Source: Malonomonas rubra (GTDB lineage: Bacteria; Desulfobacterota; Desulfuromonadia; Desulfuromonadales; Geopsychrobacteraceae). From it: a DNA stretch of 64,000 bases. The stretch is from NCBI RefSeq assembly GCF_003247215.1, contig NZ_QKAP01000022.1, positions 13,679 to 77,678 of the forward strand, written 5' to 3'. Below, piece by piece: positions 34,231-44,148 of the stretch. The notes beneath the pieces are model-generated. The model saw nothing but the letters and a program-made list of their open reading frames with translations, had not been told where the DNA came from and did not search any database. The translations under genes and the position numbers were made by a program. Within the stretch, counting starts at the first letter, position 1. Each line of letters starts with the position of its first letter.

Positions 34231-35129
34231 CCCTGTACCTCTGCGGCCTGCGGCGTCACCGATGTCTGCTCCTCAAATATGCGCACCCCCTGCTCCCGAG
34301 CCGCCAACCAACAGCGCCAGAGATAATCGATCACCACCCCCAGTTGCAGCGGTTCCCGACCGGCCTGTCGTAACCGGTCCGTCAACCCCTGCAACAGATA
34401 CTCCTCATCCGCATCTTCCAGCGGTAGTTGCCGCTGCCGGGCATACCTCCTCATCAGCGTCAATAAGGCCGCGGCATCCCGCTGCTGCCAGATTTTTTGC
34501 AGCAGCCCTGGTTCCAAGCTACCACCTTCCAACAGAGGCGGCGTAACCGGCACTTGCCAGCGCAAATGTTTTCTCAGGGCCTGCAGGTTACGCATGTCGA
34601 GCAGGTAAAGCAGAAACCGTTTTACCGCCTGGTCGCGACAGCTTCGACAGGACTGCTGCAGATAGCCGCCGATCAGCTCCTGTTCCAAGCCCCCAGGTCC
34701 CTGGCGCAGATAGCGGGTAGGCAATCGATCGAAGAACGGATACTCCTCCGCATACTCCCGCTGCAGACAACGCAGAGCCTCAACCGGCTGTTCCGCGGTT
34801 TCGACCACCCTAATCACCTTCTCCTGCAACAGGCTCTGCTGCAACTGGCCACTCAGCGCCTCGCGCTCCCCGGCAGCCAGATAACGCAACGCCATTACCA
34901 GCAGGCGCAGTTCGCAATATTCAAAAATCGGCAGAAGCTTGTTGCGTAGTTTGGCGTTCGCCTGCCGATAGACCCAGCGATATTCTGCCATGAGCGCCTG
35001 CCGCGGTTCATTGCTGCCAGACTTGCGGAACAACCCGCCGCTGGCCAATTCGGCCCGCCGCGCGCATATCCTGGCGTAAAGATAGTCGTTTGCTGCTCCG
35101 GCGTAGGGAACTTCAATCAGCAGGCTCAT
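34227..35129 (-). CDS. atpC: V/A-type ATPase subunit C (eukaryotic d-like)
   Basis: 300-aa all-helical protein with YLYARICARRAEL at the N-terminus. Operon position supports the call. Confidence 0.7.
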   Translation of the reverse strand: MSLLIEVPYAGAANDYLYARICARRAELASGGLFRKSGSNEPRQALMAEYRWVYRQANAKLRNKLLPIFEYCELRLLVMALRYLAAGEREALSGQLQQSLLQEKVIRVVETAEQPVEALRCLQREYAEEYPFFDRLPTRYLRQGPGGLEQELIGGYLQQSCRSCRDQAVKRFLLYLLDMRNLQALRKHLRWQVPVTPPLLEGGSLEPGLLQKIWQQRDAAALLTLMRRYARQRQLPLEDADEEYLLQGLTDRLRQAGREPLQLGVVIDYLWRCWLAAREQGVRIFEEQTSVTPQAAEVQG

Positions 35130-35697
35130 AGTCCCCCGCGATCCGCCGCAGCTCCACCATCAGTTCCGGCAGTAGTTCCGGCCACAGATGGTGCAAGCGT
35201 TTCCCCAGCGTATTCTCGATCTGAATCCTTCCCCCTTCTGTCTGCACGATTAACCCGCCGAAAATCTCATCGCTGATTTCGATTTCGGCCTGCGGGTACA
35301 GTTCCGCCACCAAGGGTTGATCGCGCAGGTTCACTTGAATCCTCTGCCAGTGATGATCGGGAATTTCCGACGCCAGCGCCTGGAATAGTTTTGCCCCGCC
35401 AGCGGCAGCCATTTTAGAGAGCTGTTGATCCGCCAGTTCGCGCAACCGCTCCGCCAGCGCCGCTTCCGCTTCCAGGCGAAGAAGTTGGGCACGCCGCGCC
35501 GCTTCGGCCTGTTTGGCGGTCGTTAACAGCAGCAGTTCCGTTTCCAGTTCGGCATTGACATCGTGCTTTTCCCGCTCCGAGGCTGTTTTCTGTTCGCTCC
35601 GCAGCCGCTCTGCTTCGTTCTCAGCGTGCGCCCAGATTTCTCTGGCCCTATCGTCGCCATCGCGTCGTAAGGCCGCTTCCAGTTCAGTTTGTCCCAT
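35113..35697 (-). CDS. atpE: V/A-type ATPase subunit E (peripheral stalk)
   Basis: 194 aa with an N-terminal charged coiled coil and a C-terminal globular part GGLIVQTEGGRIQIENTL. Confidence 0.75.
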   Translation of the reverse strand: MGQTELEAALRRDGDDRAREIWAHAENEAERLRSEQKTASEREKHDVNAELETELLLLTTAKQAEAARRAQLLRLEAEAALAERLRELADQQLSKMAAAGGAKLFQALASEIPDHHWQRIQVNLRDQPLVAELYPQAEIEISDEIFGGLIVQTEGGRIQIENTLGKRLHHLWPELLPELMVELRRIAGDYEPAD

Positions 35698-35700
35698 CGC

Positions 35701-35922
35701 TTAGAGCACCAGAATCATGACCGCTACGACAAAGCCGAGAATCACCATGGTTTCCGGAATCGCTAGCAGGATGATGATGGTACCGGTCAACTCTGGCTTT
35801 TCCGCCAGGGCTCCCGCGCCGGCCGAACCGATCCGCGACTGCGCCCAGCCGGTCGCTATAGCAGGAACACCGACGGCCAGTGCGGCGGCGAACGCAAGCA
35901 AAACACTATCCAAATTCTCCAT
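35701..35922 (-). CDS. atpK: V/A-type ATPase proteolipid subunit K/c, single-hairpin 73 aa
   Basis: Two TM helices. Helix 1 carries GWAQS; helix 2 carries the carboxylate in LLAIPETMVILGF. Confidence 0.85.
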   Translation of the reverse strand: MENLDSVLLAFAAALAVGVPAIATGWAQSRIGSAGAGALAEKPELTGTIIILLAIPETMVILGFVVAVMILVL

Positions 35923-35936
35923 CTTCGACCTCCTGT

Positions 35937-37844
35937 TTATTTGCTGTGGGTCACGGTTGTCTGATGGTTCTTCTCCAGCGGCTGGTAGCGTCGACCGCCG
36001 AATTCGAGAAATTTGCTAAAAAACTCCACGTAATGCAGACGCAGAGCATGCACAGTCGGGGCAAAAACACCGAGGATCAGGTTGAAGAAATGCAGTACCC
36101 CGGCGACCAGAAACCCGGCCACCAGATCGCCGGTCATACCACCCAGCTGATTGGCGACCTGGGCCAGAAGTACCGAACAGAGCCCGATCGCCATGATCCG
36201 TACGTAGGAAATAATATTGCCGAAGCTCTTCAGCAGTTCCAGCGGCGCCAGTAGGCCGCCGGCGATGATCAACACCGGCAGCAACAGCAGGACTGCTAGC
36301 AACAGCGGCCAGGTCAGTTGCCAGGGGAATGGGAACAGAAAACCGACTAACCAGATGCCGCAAAGGCAGATCAGCAACAGGTTGATGAGCTTGACGAACG
36401 CTTCCCGACGCAGGTGGCGCTTGAAGTCGTAATGGATGCCGAGCAGCAGACCGAGCAGGATATGCGCGGTGCCGACCGAAATTGCAAAAGTGATCATCGG
36501 TACAACTGCCCGACTGCGCTCCTGCCAGATCGGCTGCAAATGAAACAGTTGCTCGCCGAGATTGCCGAACAGTTCCCCATAGAACAGACCGAACAGCACA
36601 GCGTAGGCCGCCGACACACCGAGTATCCTGGCAGCATCGACCAGTGTTTCACGCTGTGGGCAGAAGCGGATCACCAACCCGGCAAGTACTCCGAGCAGCA
36701 GCCCATAGCCGATATCACCGAGAATCATGCCGAACAAGAGCGGAAAAAACAGGCCGAGGAAGGGAGTCGGATCGTAGGAACTGTATTTCGGCAACGGCAG
36801 TAATCGGGCGAACAGTTCGAATGGCTTAAAGTAGAGCGGATTACGCAACAGCACCGGCACCCGATCGTAATCTTCCTGATGCAGTTCCAACACACTCAAG
36901 ACGACCCGGCCAGCAAAGACGTTGGCCAGAACCTGCCGTAACTCTTCGACACCTTCACTCGGCATCCAACCGTTGATCAGAAAACACTGCCGGGTCTCAT
37001 AAGCCAGTGCGCTCGCCTGATACAGCGACAACCGCTCATCCAGCCAGGCTAACGTCTGCCGATAAATCGGCAGCCAGTGGTGTGCGAACGTTTCCCGCTC
37101 GGCGCGAGCCTCCTGCAACTCGGCAGCCACTCGATCCAACAGTTTCTGCACAGCGGTGGGCTTGTCCCGAAATGGCAGTGCAGCCAATTCCTTCGGCAAA
37201 TCAAGCTCCGGGACCTTTTCGGCAAAAAGCAGCTTCCGCAGGCGTTCTTCCATGTTCAGGTCAGCTGTGATCAAACCAACAATGCTACCGTCATCGATGC
37301 TGGTGGTCGATAGCCGGCAGCGCCCCTCTGTCTGCTGCTCCAGCAAATCTCGCAGCTTCGGGATATCATCCGCATTACGGATCGTCACCCCGAAAAAAGC
37401 CAACCGGGCATGCTCGACGACATCGGCGACTAGCGGCTCCAGCACTCTCCAGAAGCGCAAGTGACCGGTTAATCTATCAGCCTCTTCACGCAAAGCGTGA
37501 CACTGTTGCTGCCAGTTTCGGCAAGCGAGCAGATGTTTATCAACCAGTTCGTTCAGAACATCAATAATTGGCAATGGCGGCAGATAGCTGGTCCTGCTGG
37601 GGAGATCGGGGAGGCAGGCCAGCAACTGGCGGATCTGCTCTTGCAGGGCCACAAAGAATTGTTTTTCGCCAATGGCGGACTGATCGAGCAACAGCTCCTT
37701 GACCCAGGCCTCATCCTCGGGGCGGACAAAGCCGCGGGCATCCGCTTCCGGATGGAAGACCCCCTTACCCCTGAGCAGCTCAAGCGTATCGAGCAATAAA
37801 TCTTTTGGGCCAACTATTTCAATTTTTGCCATCTTGATGATCAT
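35937..37844 (-). CDS. atpI: V/A-type ATPase subunit I (a-like stator)
   Basis: 635 aa with a soluble coiled-coil N-terminal half and a multi-TM C-terminal half. Motifs ILGDIGYGLLLG and SYVRIMAIGL. Confidence 0.88.
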   Translation of the reverse strand: MIIKMAKIEIVGPKDLLLDTLELLRGKGVFHPEADARGFVRPEDEAWVKELLLDQSAIGEKQFFVALQEQIRQLLACLPDLPSRTSYLPPLPIIDVLNELVDKHLLACRNWQQQCHALREEADRLTGHLRFWRVLEPLVADVVEHARLAFFGVTIRNADDIPKLRDLLEQQTEGRCRLSTTSIDDGSIVGLITADLNMEERLRKLLFAEKVPELDLPKELAALPFRDKPTAVQKLLDRVAAELQEARAERETFAHHWLPIYRQTLAWLDERLSLYQASALAYETRQCFLINGWMPSEGVEELRQVLANVFAGRVVLSVLELHQEDYDRVPVLLRNPLYFKPFELFARLLPLPKYSSYDPTPFLGLFFPLLFGMILGDIGYGLLLGVLAGLVIRFCPQRETLVDAARILGVSAAYAVLFGLFYGELFGNLGEQLFHLQPIWQERSRAVVPMITFAISVGTAHILLGLLLGIHYDFKRHLRREAFVKLINLLLICLCGIWLVGFLFPFPWQLTWPLLLAVLLLLPVLIIAGGLLAPLELLKSFGNIISYVRIMAIGLCSVLLAQVANQLGGMTGDLVAGFLVAGVLHFFNLILGVFAPTVHALRLHYVEFFSKFLEFGGRRYQPLEKNHQTTVTHSK

Positions 37845-38163
37845 CGACTGGCCTCGGGATTATCCTCTCCAACTGTCGACGTAACACCTCCAATAGGGTC
37901 TCTTCGCTCAATTCCTTCAGGCGTCGGCAATAGGACATTTCTGCATCCAATAAACGTGTGCAGCTGCTATCGATCTGCTGTTCCGCCTCCCGCATGAGCT
38001 GCCGTTTCCGGTCCGCGATCCACTGACGATCCCTCTTTGCATTAGCTTCCAACTCGCCGCGCACCCCAGCCAGCCAGGCTGTTGCCTTTTCCTGCTCCAG
38101 CCGCAACTGCTGTTCAATCCGGTTTTCCAGCTGAATTATTGCATTGAGGATCTGATCGGCCAT
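37819..38163 (-). CDS. small coiled-coil subunit, first gene of the V/A-ATPase operon (G/H-like stalk subunit)
   Basis: ATG at 38163 gives MADQILNAIIQLENRIEQQLRLEQEKA... (114 aa). It overlaps the subunit I start by 26 nt. The track's longer 38247 start adds a non-helical extension. Confidence 0.55.
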   Translation of the reverse strand: MADQILNAIIQLENRIEQQLRLEQEKATAWLAGVRGELEANAKRDRQWIADRKRQLMREAEQQIDSSCTRLLDAEMSYCRRLKELSEETLLEVLRRQLERIIPRPVDDHQDGKN

Positions 38164-38348
38164 CGGCACGTCCTTTGGACAACAAACCAACAGAGGTCTA
38201 TCAAGTATATCAAACCGCTGGGAATTTGCGGTCTTAGCGCTCGCCAAAGACTCATCAATCGCAGGAATCGGCGCAGGATATGGTAAAATGTCAAATTATG
38301 AACAACGCTCGATCCTGATTTTCGACAACCCCGATCTCGGCAGGTGTC

Positions 38349-39566
38349 ATGGATACTGTTGTTGCCTTCTTCACCCAAATGACCCAGAATAGCACGACTC
38401 TCAACCTCCTGATGCTGATGGTCATCATCTGGACCACCGGGGTGATCTGCCGGATTATCCATCAACCTGCGGTGCTGGGGGAATTGACTGCCGGAATCAT
38501 CTTCGGCCCGGCCTTTCTAGGCCTGATTGTACCGAATGAAATGCTCGCCACGCTCTCGGAGCTTGGCGTATTTTTCCTGATGTTCTATGCCGGGCTGGAA
38601 ACCAACCCAATGGATCTGAAGCGCTACCGCTTTCACTCCTGTCTGGTCGGAGTTGCCGGCTTCCTGATCCCGTTCGGCATTTCCTATCTGACCTGCCAGC
38701 TGTTCTCCCTGCCGATGCTGCAGAGCCTGTTTATCTCGCTCGGCCTTTCGATCACTGCTATCGCCGTCAGCGCCCGGGTTTTACATGACCTTGAACTTAC
38801 CGACCATGCGGTCACGCCAGTAATCATCGGCGCCTCGATTATCGACGACGTGCTAGCGCTGTCATTTTTTACCGCAATTATCGATCTTGGCACCAACCAG
38901 GGAGCAATCAACTGGCTGCACTTCGGCCTGACCATGGGCAAAGTCATCCTCTTCTTTGCCGTCGCGATTGGTATGGGTATCTGGCTCTACCCGAAAATCG
39001 GTCACCACTTCGCATCGCGCAGTTCTAAAGGTTTTACCTTCGCCCTGATAATGGCGCTGCTGTTCGGTCTTCTGGCTGAGATTGCCGGGCTGCACCTGAT
39101 CATCGGTGCCTACATGGCCGGCCTATTTGTTCGGGAAGGCGTGGTCAGCCCCGAGCTGCTGACCAAGATTTCCGATCGTTTCGTCTCGATCACTTACGGC
39201 TTTCTCGGCCCGATCTTCTTCGTCAGCCTCTCCTTTCACGTCACCTTTTCAATTTTCAATACCCATCTGCTGCTGACTTCGATCCTAATGCTGGCAGCCA
39301 TCTTCGGCAAGGTTCTCGGCGCTGGCAGTGGCGCCCTGGCTAGTGGTATGAATCGCAAGGAAGCGACCGTGATCGGGTTGGCGATGAATGGTCGGGGCGC
39401 TGTTGAGCTGATCGTCGCCTCGATCGGCCTGCAGCTCGGTTTGATCAACGACCAAATCTTTTCAATCCTGGTGCTGATTGCCTTTGTCACCACCAGCTTG
39501 CCGCCGATCTCTATAAAGCTTTATTTGGACCGGATCGATTACAATTTTGAAATACCAGTAAAATAA
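38349..39566 (+). CDS. cation:proton antiporter (CPA2/Kef-NapA-type, no KTN domain)
   Basis: 405 aa with about 11-12 TM helices and motifs VLGELTAGIIFGP and FFLMFYAGLE. Divergent from the ATPase operon. Confidence 0.8.
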   Translation: MDTVVAFFTQMTQNSTTLNLLMLMVIIWTTGVICRIIHQPAVLGELTAGIIFGPAFLGLIVPNEMLATLSELGVFFLMFYAGLETNPMDLKRYRFHSCLVGVAGFLIPFGISYLTCQLFSLPMLQSLFISLGLSITAIAVSARVLHDLELTDHAVTPVIIGASIIDDVLALSFFTAIIDLGTNQGAINWLHFGLTMGKVILFFAVAIGMGIWLYPKIGHHFASRSSKGFTFALIMALLFGLLAEIAGLHLIIGAYMAGLFVREGVVSPELLTKISDRFVSITYGFLGPIFFVSLSFHVTFSIFNTHLLLTSILMLAAIFGKVLGAGSGALASGMNRKEATVIGLAMNGRGAVELIVASIGLQLGLINDQIFSILVLIAFVTTSLPPISIKLYLDRIDYNFEIPVK

Positions 39567-39625
39567 AAGTCTAACACTAAGACAGGAGTCTTCTCCGTCA
39601 AGAAACTTACCTGCAAGGAGTCGTC

Positions 39626-40663
39626 ATGCGTATCGAAACCGACCTGAAGCTCGGGTTTAAAGATGTCCTGATCCGTCCCAAACGTTCGACCCTGAAAAGC
39701 CGTGCCCAAGTCAACGTGGAGCGGGAATTTACATTTCTGCACAGCAAGCAGAAATGGCACGGCGTACCGATCATCGCCGCGAACATGGATACCGTCGGCA
39801 CCTTCGAAATTGCCGCAGCCCTGGCCGAATACGGTTTGATGACCGCCATCCACAAGCATTATTCACTAACGGCGTGGAACCAGTTTCTCAGCGGACACAC
39901 GGATGACATCTACCAGCGGATTATGGTCAGCACCGGCACGGCGCAAGAAGATTTCAGCCTGATGCAAAAGATCATCGGTAAACACCCGAAGCTGCAATTT
40001 ATCTGCATCGATGTCGCCAACGGCTACGCCGAGGCCTTTGTCGAATTCGTCAAACAGGTCCGCGACGAGTTCCCCGACAAGACTATTGTCGCCGGCAACG
40101 TGGTCACCGGGGAGATGGTCGAAGAGCTGCTGCTCTCCGGCGCAGACATTGTCAAGGTCGGCATCGGTCCCGGCTCGGTCTGCACGACCCGGGTCAAAAC
40201 CGGGGTGGGCTACCCGCAGCTGTCTGCGGTCATCGAATGTGCCGATGCCGCCCATGGGCTGGGGGGACGGATTATCTCCGACGGCGGCTGTATCTGCGCT
40301 GGGGATGTCTCAAAAGCATTCGGAGGTGGGGCTGACTTCGTCATGCTCGGCGGCATGCTCGCCGGTCACGATGAAAGCGGCGGACAGCTGGTGCACCGGG
40401 ATGGCCAGCAGTTCAAGCTGTTCTACGGAATGAGTTCTTCAACGGCGATGGAGAAACATGCCGGCGGGGTGGCCGAATACCGAGCCTCTGAAGGGAAGAC
40501 CGTCGAAGTCCCCTACCGCGGACCGGTAGAGGAAACAGTCAAGGACATTCTCGGCGGTGTCCGCTCGACCTGCACCTATGTCGGGGCAGGCGCCTTGAAA
40601 GAATTAACCAAGCGGACCACCTTCATTCGTGTGCAGGAGCAGGAAAACAAGACATTCACCTAA
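39626..40663 (+). CDS. guaC: GMP reductase
   Basis: 345 aa. [26 protein letters not shown]...[36 protein letters not shown] is near-colinear with enterobacterial GuaC as I remember it. Confidence 0.93.
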   Translation: MRIETDLKLGFKDVLIRPKRSTLKSRAQVNVEREFTFLHSKQKWHGVPIIAANMDTVGTFEIAAALAEYGLMTAIHKHYSLTAWNQFLSGHTDDIYQRIMVSTGTAQEDFSLMQKIIGKHPKLQFICIDVANGYAEAFVEFVKQVRDEFPDKTIVAGNVVTGEMVEELLLSGADIVKVGIGPGSVCTTRVKTGVGYPQLSAVIECADAAHGLGGRIISDGGCICAGDVSKAFGGGADFVMLGGMLAGHDESGGQLVHRDGQQFKLFYGMSSSTAMEKHAGGVAEYRASEGKTVEVPYRGPVEETVKDILGGVRSTCTYVGAGALKELTKRTTFIRVQEQENKTFT

Positions 40664-40749
40664 AATACTGAGGCACCCTTGTCAGCAGCGATGCGACTCC
40701 GTTAGAATTCCATGAAGTGTAAATATAATTACCAGACTCAGAGGGATCC

Positions 40750-42060
40750 ATGTCGGGAGCCAAAACCGTCGAATACCAGTTTCACCCGCAACGAGAAGCA
40801 CTTTATAACGAACTGCATATCCGCCCGTTCCATCCACTTAGCACACCGCAGCAGATATCCCATCTTGCCGCCTGTGCTCAGCGCCATGAACTGACCACCT
40901 CCTACCAGCGGATCTGCGAACTCTGCCAGCGTTACAACGTCAACCAACCGACCGCTGAAGCGGTCTCTTTTTTCCAGAACTTCGGCGAATTTGCTATCCA
41001 TTGGGAACGGCATGTCGAATTCTATTCCCTGACCATCATGCAACCCGAGCCGGTCACCGGTGAATCGTTCGAGCATCCGGCCATCAATCTGCTGCCGGAA
41101 GATTGGCTGAAATCGCTACCGGGACAGATGGTTGCCGCTTTTCACCTGATCATCGACGACCAGCAGCCTGATGAGCAGAGCGCCATGCTGAGCCACTCTT
41201 TCGAAGGGCACAAAGTGATGGTCAGTGCCGCAAAAGAGGGACGAGCGCAACTGTTCACCGCGTTCAAGCTGCACGGCGATGGCTACGGCCGCTTCATGAT
41301 CCGTAATTCCGGTTTGGGTGACGAACAAATGGGACAACTGGCCCGCCGCCTGCTGGATATGGAAACCTACCGGCTGCTGTCACTGATTTCCCTACCACTG
41401 GCCAGAGAGATCGGCCTGCAGATGGTCGACTTGGACCAGCAGCTGGCGCAGATACTACAACAGGCCGATCAGCTCGATTCAAGCCGCGCCGAACGCGAAT
41501 TGCTTTCCCGCCTGACCGAATTGGAAGCCAAGCTGGAAACCTACCGTACTGCCACCAATCGCCGGTTTTCTGGCACACGCGCCTACCATGACTTGGTGCA
41601 CAGCCGTCTTGAGGGGATGCAGGAAACCGCTGTCAACGGGCACATCTCGCTGCAGGAATTTATCAATCGTCGCCTAACACCGGCGTTGCGGACCTGCGAA
41701 TCGCTGCAACATTGGATGGAGGATCTCTCGAAGCGGATCGAGCGCGCCAGCGACCTGTTGCGCACACGTGTCAATCTGAACCTGCAGGAGCAAAACCGCT
41801 CGCTACTCTCGGCGATGAACCGCCGGAGCCAACTGCAGTTCCGCCTGCAGGAGACAGTCGAAGGACTGTCGATAGTCGCCATCAGCTATTACATGGTCGG
41901 CCTGATCGGCTACCTGCTAGGCGGTTTTCCTCTTGAAAACTGGGGCTTAAGCAAAAAAGTGCTGACCGCCTGCGCCATCCCGCTGGTGCTCCTTACCGTC
42001 GGCTATGTTACCCACCGGATCAAGCACCGGCTGATCAAGAATCCGTTGGGGGAAGAGTGA
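40750..42060 (+). CDS. DUF3422-like membrane-anchored protein (large coiled-coil cytoplasmic domain plus two C-terminal TM helices)
   Basis: 436 aa. The only hydrophobic segments are LSIVAISYYMVGLIGYLLGG and VLTACAIPLVLLTVGYV, both at the C-terminus. Confidence 0.55.
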   Translation: MSGAKTVEYQFHPQREALYNELHIRPFHPLSTPQQISHLAACAQRHELTTSYQRICELCQRYNVNQPTAEAVSFFQNFGEFAIHWERHVEFYSLTIMQPEPVTGESFEHPAINLLPEDWLKSLPGQMVAAFHLIIDDQQPDEQSAMLSHSFEGHKVMVSAAKEGRAQLFTAFKLHGDGYGRFMIRNSGLGDEQMGQLARRLLDMETYRLLSLISLPLAREIGLQMVDLDQQLAQILQQADQLDSSRAERELLSRLTELEAKLETYRTATNRRFSGTRAYHDLVHSRLEGMQETAVNGHISLQEFINRRLTPALRTCESLQHWMEDLSKRIERASDLLRTRVNLNLQEQNRSLLSAMNRRSQLQFRLQETVEGLSIVAISYYMVGLIGYLLGGFPLENWGLSKKVLTACAIPLVLLTVGYVTHRIKHRLIKNPLGEE

Positions 42061-42105
42061 TAGAAGGACGGACCTTCCCGGGAAACAGTTCGACTGCGGC
42101 AAACA

Positions 42106-42690
42106 TTACCCCAGCACCGGCACCTCGGCATCTTCCAACATCGAAACTAGTTTGATCAACGGCAGGCCGATCAGGGAATTATAATCGTCGCCCGCCATCC
42201 GTTCCATCAGGGTAATGCCCAAACCTTCCACCTTAAATGAACCGGCACAGTCGAAAGGTTGCTCACGCTGCAGATAATTGAGAATCTGGGCATCGGTAAG
42301 CGGACGCAGGGTTACGGAAAAGGTGACGACATCGCTGCTGACAACACCGGTACGGCTGTCGAACAACACCAGACCTGTATAGAAGGTGTGGGTGCAGCCA
42401 ACCATTTCTTTGAGCTGCGCAAAGGCGTTGTCCAGGTTGCCTGGTTTACCGATCGCCCGCCCCCGCGGGTCGACAAAAATCTGGTCGGAACCGATAATCA
42501 ATGCATCCGGATACTGCTTCTCAAGGCTTTGCGCCTTGCCGAGCGCCAGATGTTGAACCAGCAACTCCGGCTCGATGTTCGTATCGATCTGCTCTTCAAA
42601 ATCGGGAGCGGCGGCAACAAATGGCAGCTGCAGCTGCTCCAGAAGTTTCTTCCGGTAGGGGCTGGTTGACGCTAAAATCAGTTGTCTCAT
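42106..42690 (-). CDS. maf: Maf-family nucleoside triphosphate pyrophosphatase, YceF-like
   Basis: 194 aa with LILASTSPYRKKLL, IIGSDQ, AGSFKVEGLG and LIGLPL motifs. Colinear with E. coli YceF as I recall it. Confidence 0.9.
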   Translation of the reverse strand: MRQLILASTSPYRKKLLEQLQLPFVAAAPDFEEQIDTNIEPELLVQHLALGKAQSLEKQYPDALIIGSDQIFVDPRGRAIGKPGNLDNAFAQLKEMVGCTHTFYTGLVLFDSRTGVVSSDVVTFSVTLRPLTDAQILNYLQREQPFDCAGSFKVEGLGITLMERMAGDDYNSLIGLPLIKLVSMLEDAEVPVLG

Positions 42691-42699
42691 TTTTCCTCA

Positions 42700-43065
42700 T
42701 CAGGCGGCGAGCCAGTCATGTCCATCCAATATCGGGAGCACATCTTCAAATGATGATGTAGCGGCCCATTTTCCGACCGTCGAAACAACCTTTTGTACTG
42801 CTTCGAGCAATTGTTTCTTAAGCAGTTCCAGATCGATTTCCGCAGCCAGCTCTTCAACCTGTCCCTCATCAGTCCAAAGCGGAAGAATTCTCACCTGCGG
42901 CTGTTTGCCGAGTTGAACTTCGCCCCAGATTTCCCGGTGCCCGTCGCCTACCAGTCCGCTAATCAGACCGTCGGTGCCATTACCGGTCGGCTGCAAGGAA
43001 ATATCGCGGATATCAAAATAAACACCGCTTTCACCTGTTCCCGTCATTGGAGATAACCAGATCAT
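42700..43065 (-). CDS. hypothetical 121-aa protein, translationally linked to maf
   Basis: Strong AAGGAGG Shine-Dalgarno 5 nt upstream of the ATG. Its stop is 9 nt before the maf ATG. I recognise no family with confidence. Confidence 0.6.
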   Translation of the reverse strand: MIWLSPMTGTGESGVYFDIRDISLQPTGNGTDGLISGLVGDGHREIWGEVQLGKQPQVRILPLWTDEGQVEELAAEIDLELLKKQLLEAVQKVVSTVGKWAATSSFEDVLPILDGHDWLAA

Positions 43066-43125
43066 AACGCCTCCTTATAAGCATTCGGTTAATCTCCATA
43101 TTAATCCCTGAGGCGACAGATTATG

Positions 43126-44148
43126 TCACACACCCTGTTCCCTCTTTTGAAAGGCCAGTCCGCGAGTCATTCCATCAATAAACTGTTGCCGTAATGATTC
43201 CGGCCCTAGCACCCGCACATGCGGAATAAAAGAATAGATCCAGGACAGAATCTCTTTATCCCCCGCAGCATCGAACCGCAGGATCAGACTGCCATCAGCC
43301 TGTTCTTCCAGCTGCTGCTGCGGATGCCAGACACGTTCGCGGATCAGGTGGGAGATCTCCTGTTCGAACTGCAACTCGACCGGCTGGGACGCCCCATCGT
43401 CGATCAGGCCGAACGCGGCACCGGTCAGAGCGGCAGAAGAATAGTCTTCCGGCACCTCGAAACGCTCACTGCTTAAGGCCAGCGACTCGATCCTTTCGAT
43501 AGCGAACAGGCGCAACGCTTTCCGGTTATGCGCATAGCCGCCCAGATAGAGGGCGTTCTTAAAAAATAACAAAGTATAGGGATCAACCTGATAGCTGGTT
43601 TTTCTCCGTTTGGCCGGCCGGTATTTGATCTCCACCTGCTGCTGTTTGAGCAGCGCCTGACGCAGATCGGTCAGCAGCTGGTGCTGTCCGGAGTAATCCT
43701 TAAAACCGAGAAAGCGCGGCGCAGAGGCCTCGGCCAGCCGCTCCAGGTGAGCAACACTGCGCGGCGGCATGCTGGATCGGATACGGGTGAAAATCGCCTC
43801 AAGATCGTCCTGGAACGGCGTCCCCTGCAGGAATTCCAGTTGGCCGCGACAGAGGTAAAGGGTCATCAGCTCTTCGAGGGAGAAGGTGATCGGCGGAATT
43901 TTGCTGTAACCAGTGATAAAGCTGTAGAGCACCTGTCCATCATCCTGCCGCTCGCTGATCAGCGGGTAACCGGCCTCCTCGATCGCCTTCAGATCACGGT
44001 AGATGGTGCGCCGAGTCACCTGACACTCCTCAACCAGTTCCTCGACCGTTGCCCCGTAACGGGTCTCGAGAATCCGGATCAGGTCGTGCAGCCTCGCCGC
44101 CTGACTGTATTTTTTGGCGATCCGGCCCGGTTTTCGTTGTGCGTTCAC
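43126..44148 (-). CDS. WYL-domain transcriptional regulator (HTH-WYL-WCX, YafY/PafBC-like)
   Basis: 340 aa. N-terminal wHTH ARLHDLIRILETRYGATVEELVEECQVTRRTIYRDLKAIEEAGYPL. Central SYQVDPYTLLFFKNALYLGGY is the WYL core. GTGA overlap with the mazG stop. Confidence 0.85.
   Translation of the reverse strand: MNAQRKPGRIAKKYSQAARLHDLIRILETRYGATVEELVEECQVTRRTIYRDLKAIEEAGYPLISERQDDGQVLYSFITGYSKIPPITFSLEELMTLYLCRGQLEFLQGTPFQDDLEAIFTRIRSSMPPRSVAHLERLAEASAPRFLGFKDYSGQHQLLTDLRQALLKQQQVEIKYRPAKRRKTSYQVDPYTLLFFKNALYLGGYAHNRKALRLFAIERIESLALSSERFEVPEDYSSAALTGAAFGLIDDGASQPVELQFEQEISHLIRERVWHPQQQLEEQADGSLILRFDAAGDKEILSWIYSFIPHVRVLGPESLRQQFIDGMTRGLAFQKREQGV

Noticed and set aside
37487-37499. CACGCAAAGCGTG, reminiscent of the ACGCAAAGC core of c-di-GMP-I (GEMM) riboswitches, which are common in Geobacter relatives.
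   Set aside because: It lies inside the V-ATPase subunit I coding frame. No flanking GEMM helices or tetraloop-receptor elements are present. It is just a short hairpin.
39626-40663. Possible horizontal origin of guaC because of its strong resemblance to enterobacterial GuaC.
   Set aside because: Composition and codon style look like the flanking genes, and GuaC is highly conserved in general. Without a phylogeny the claim cannot be supported.
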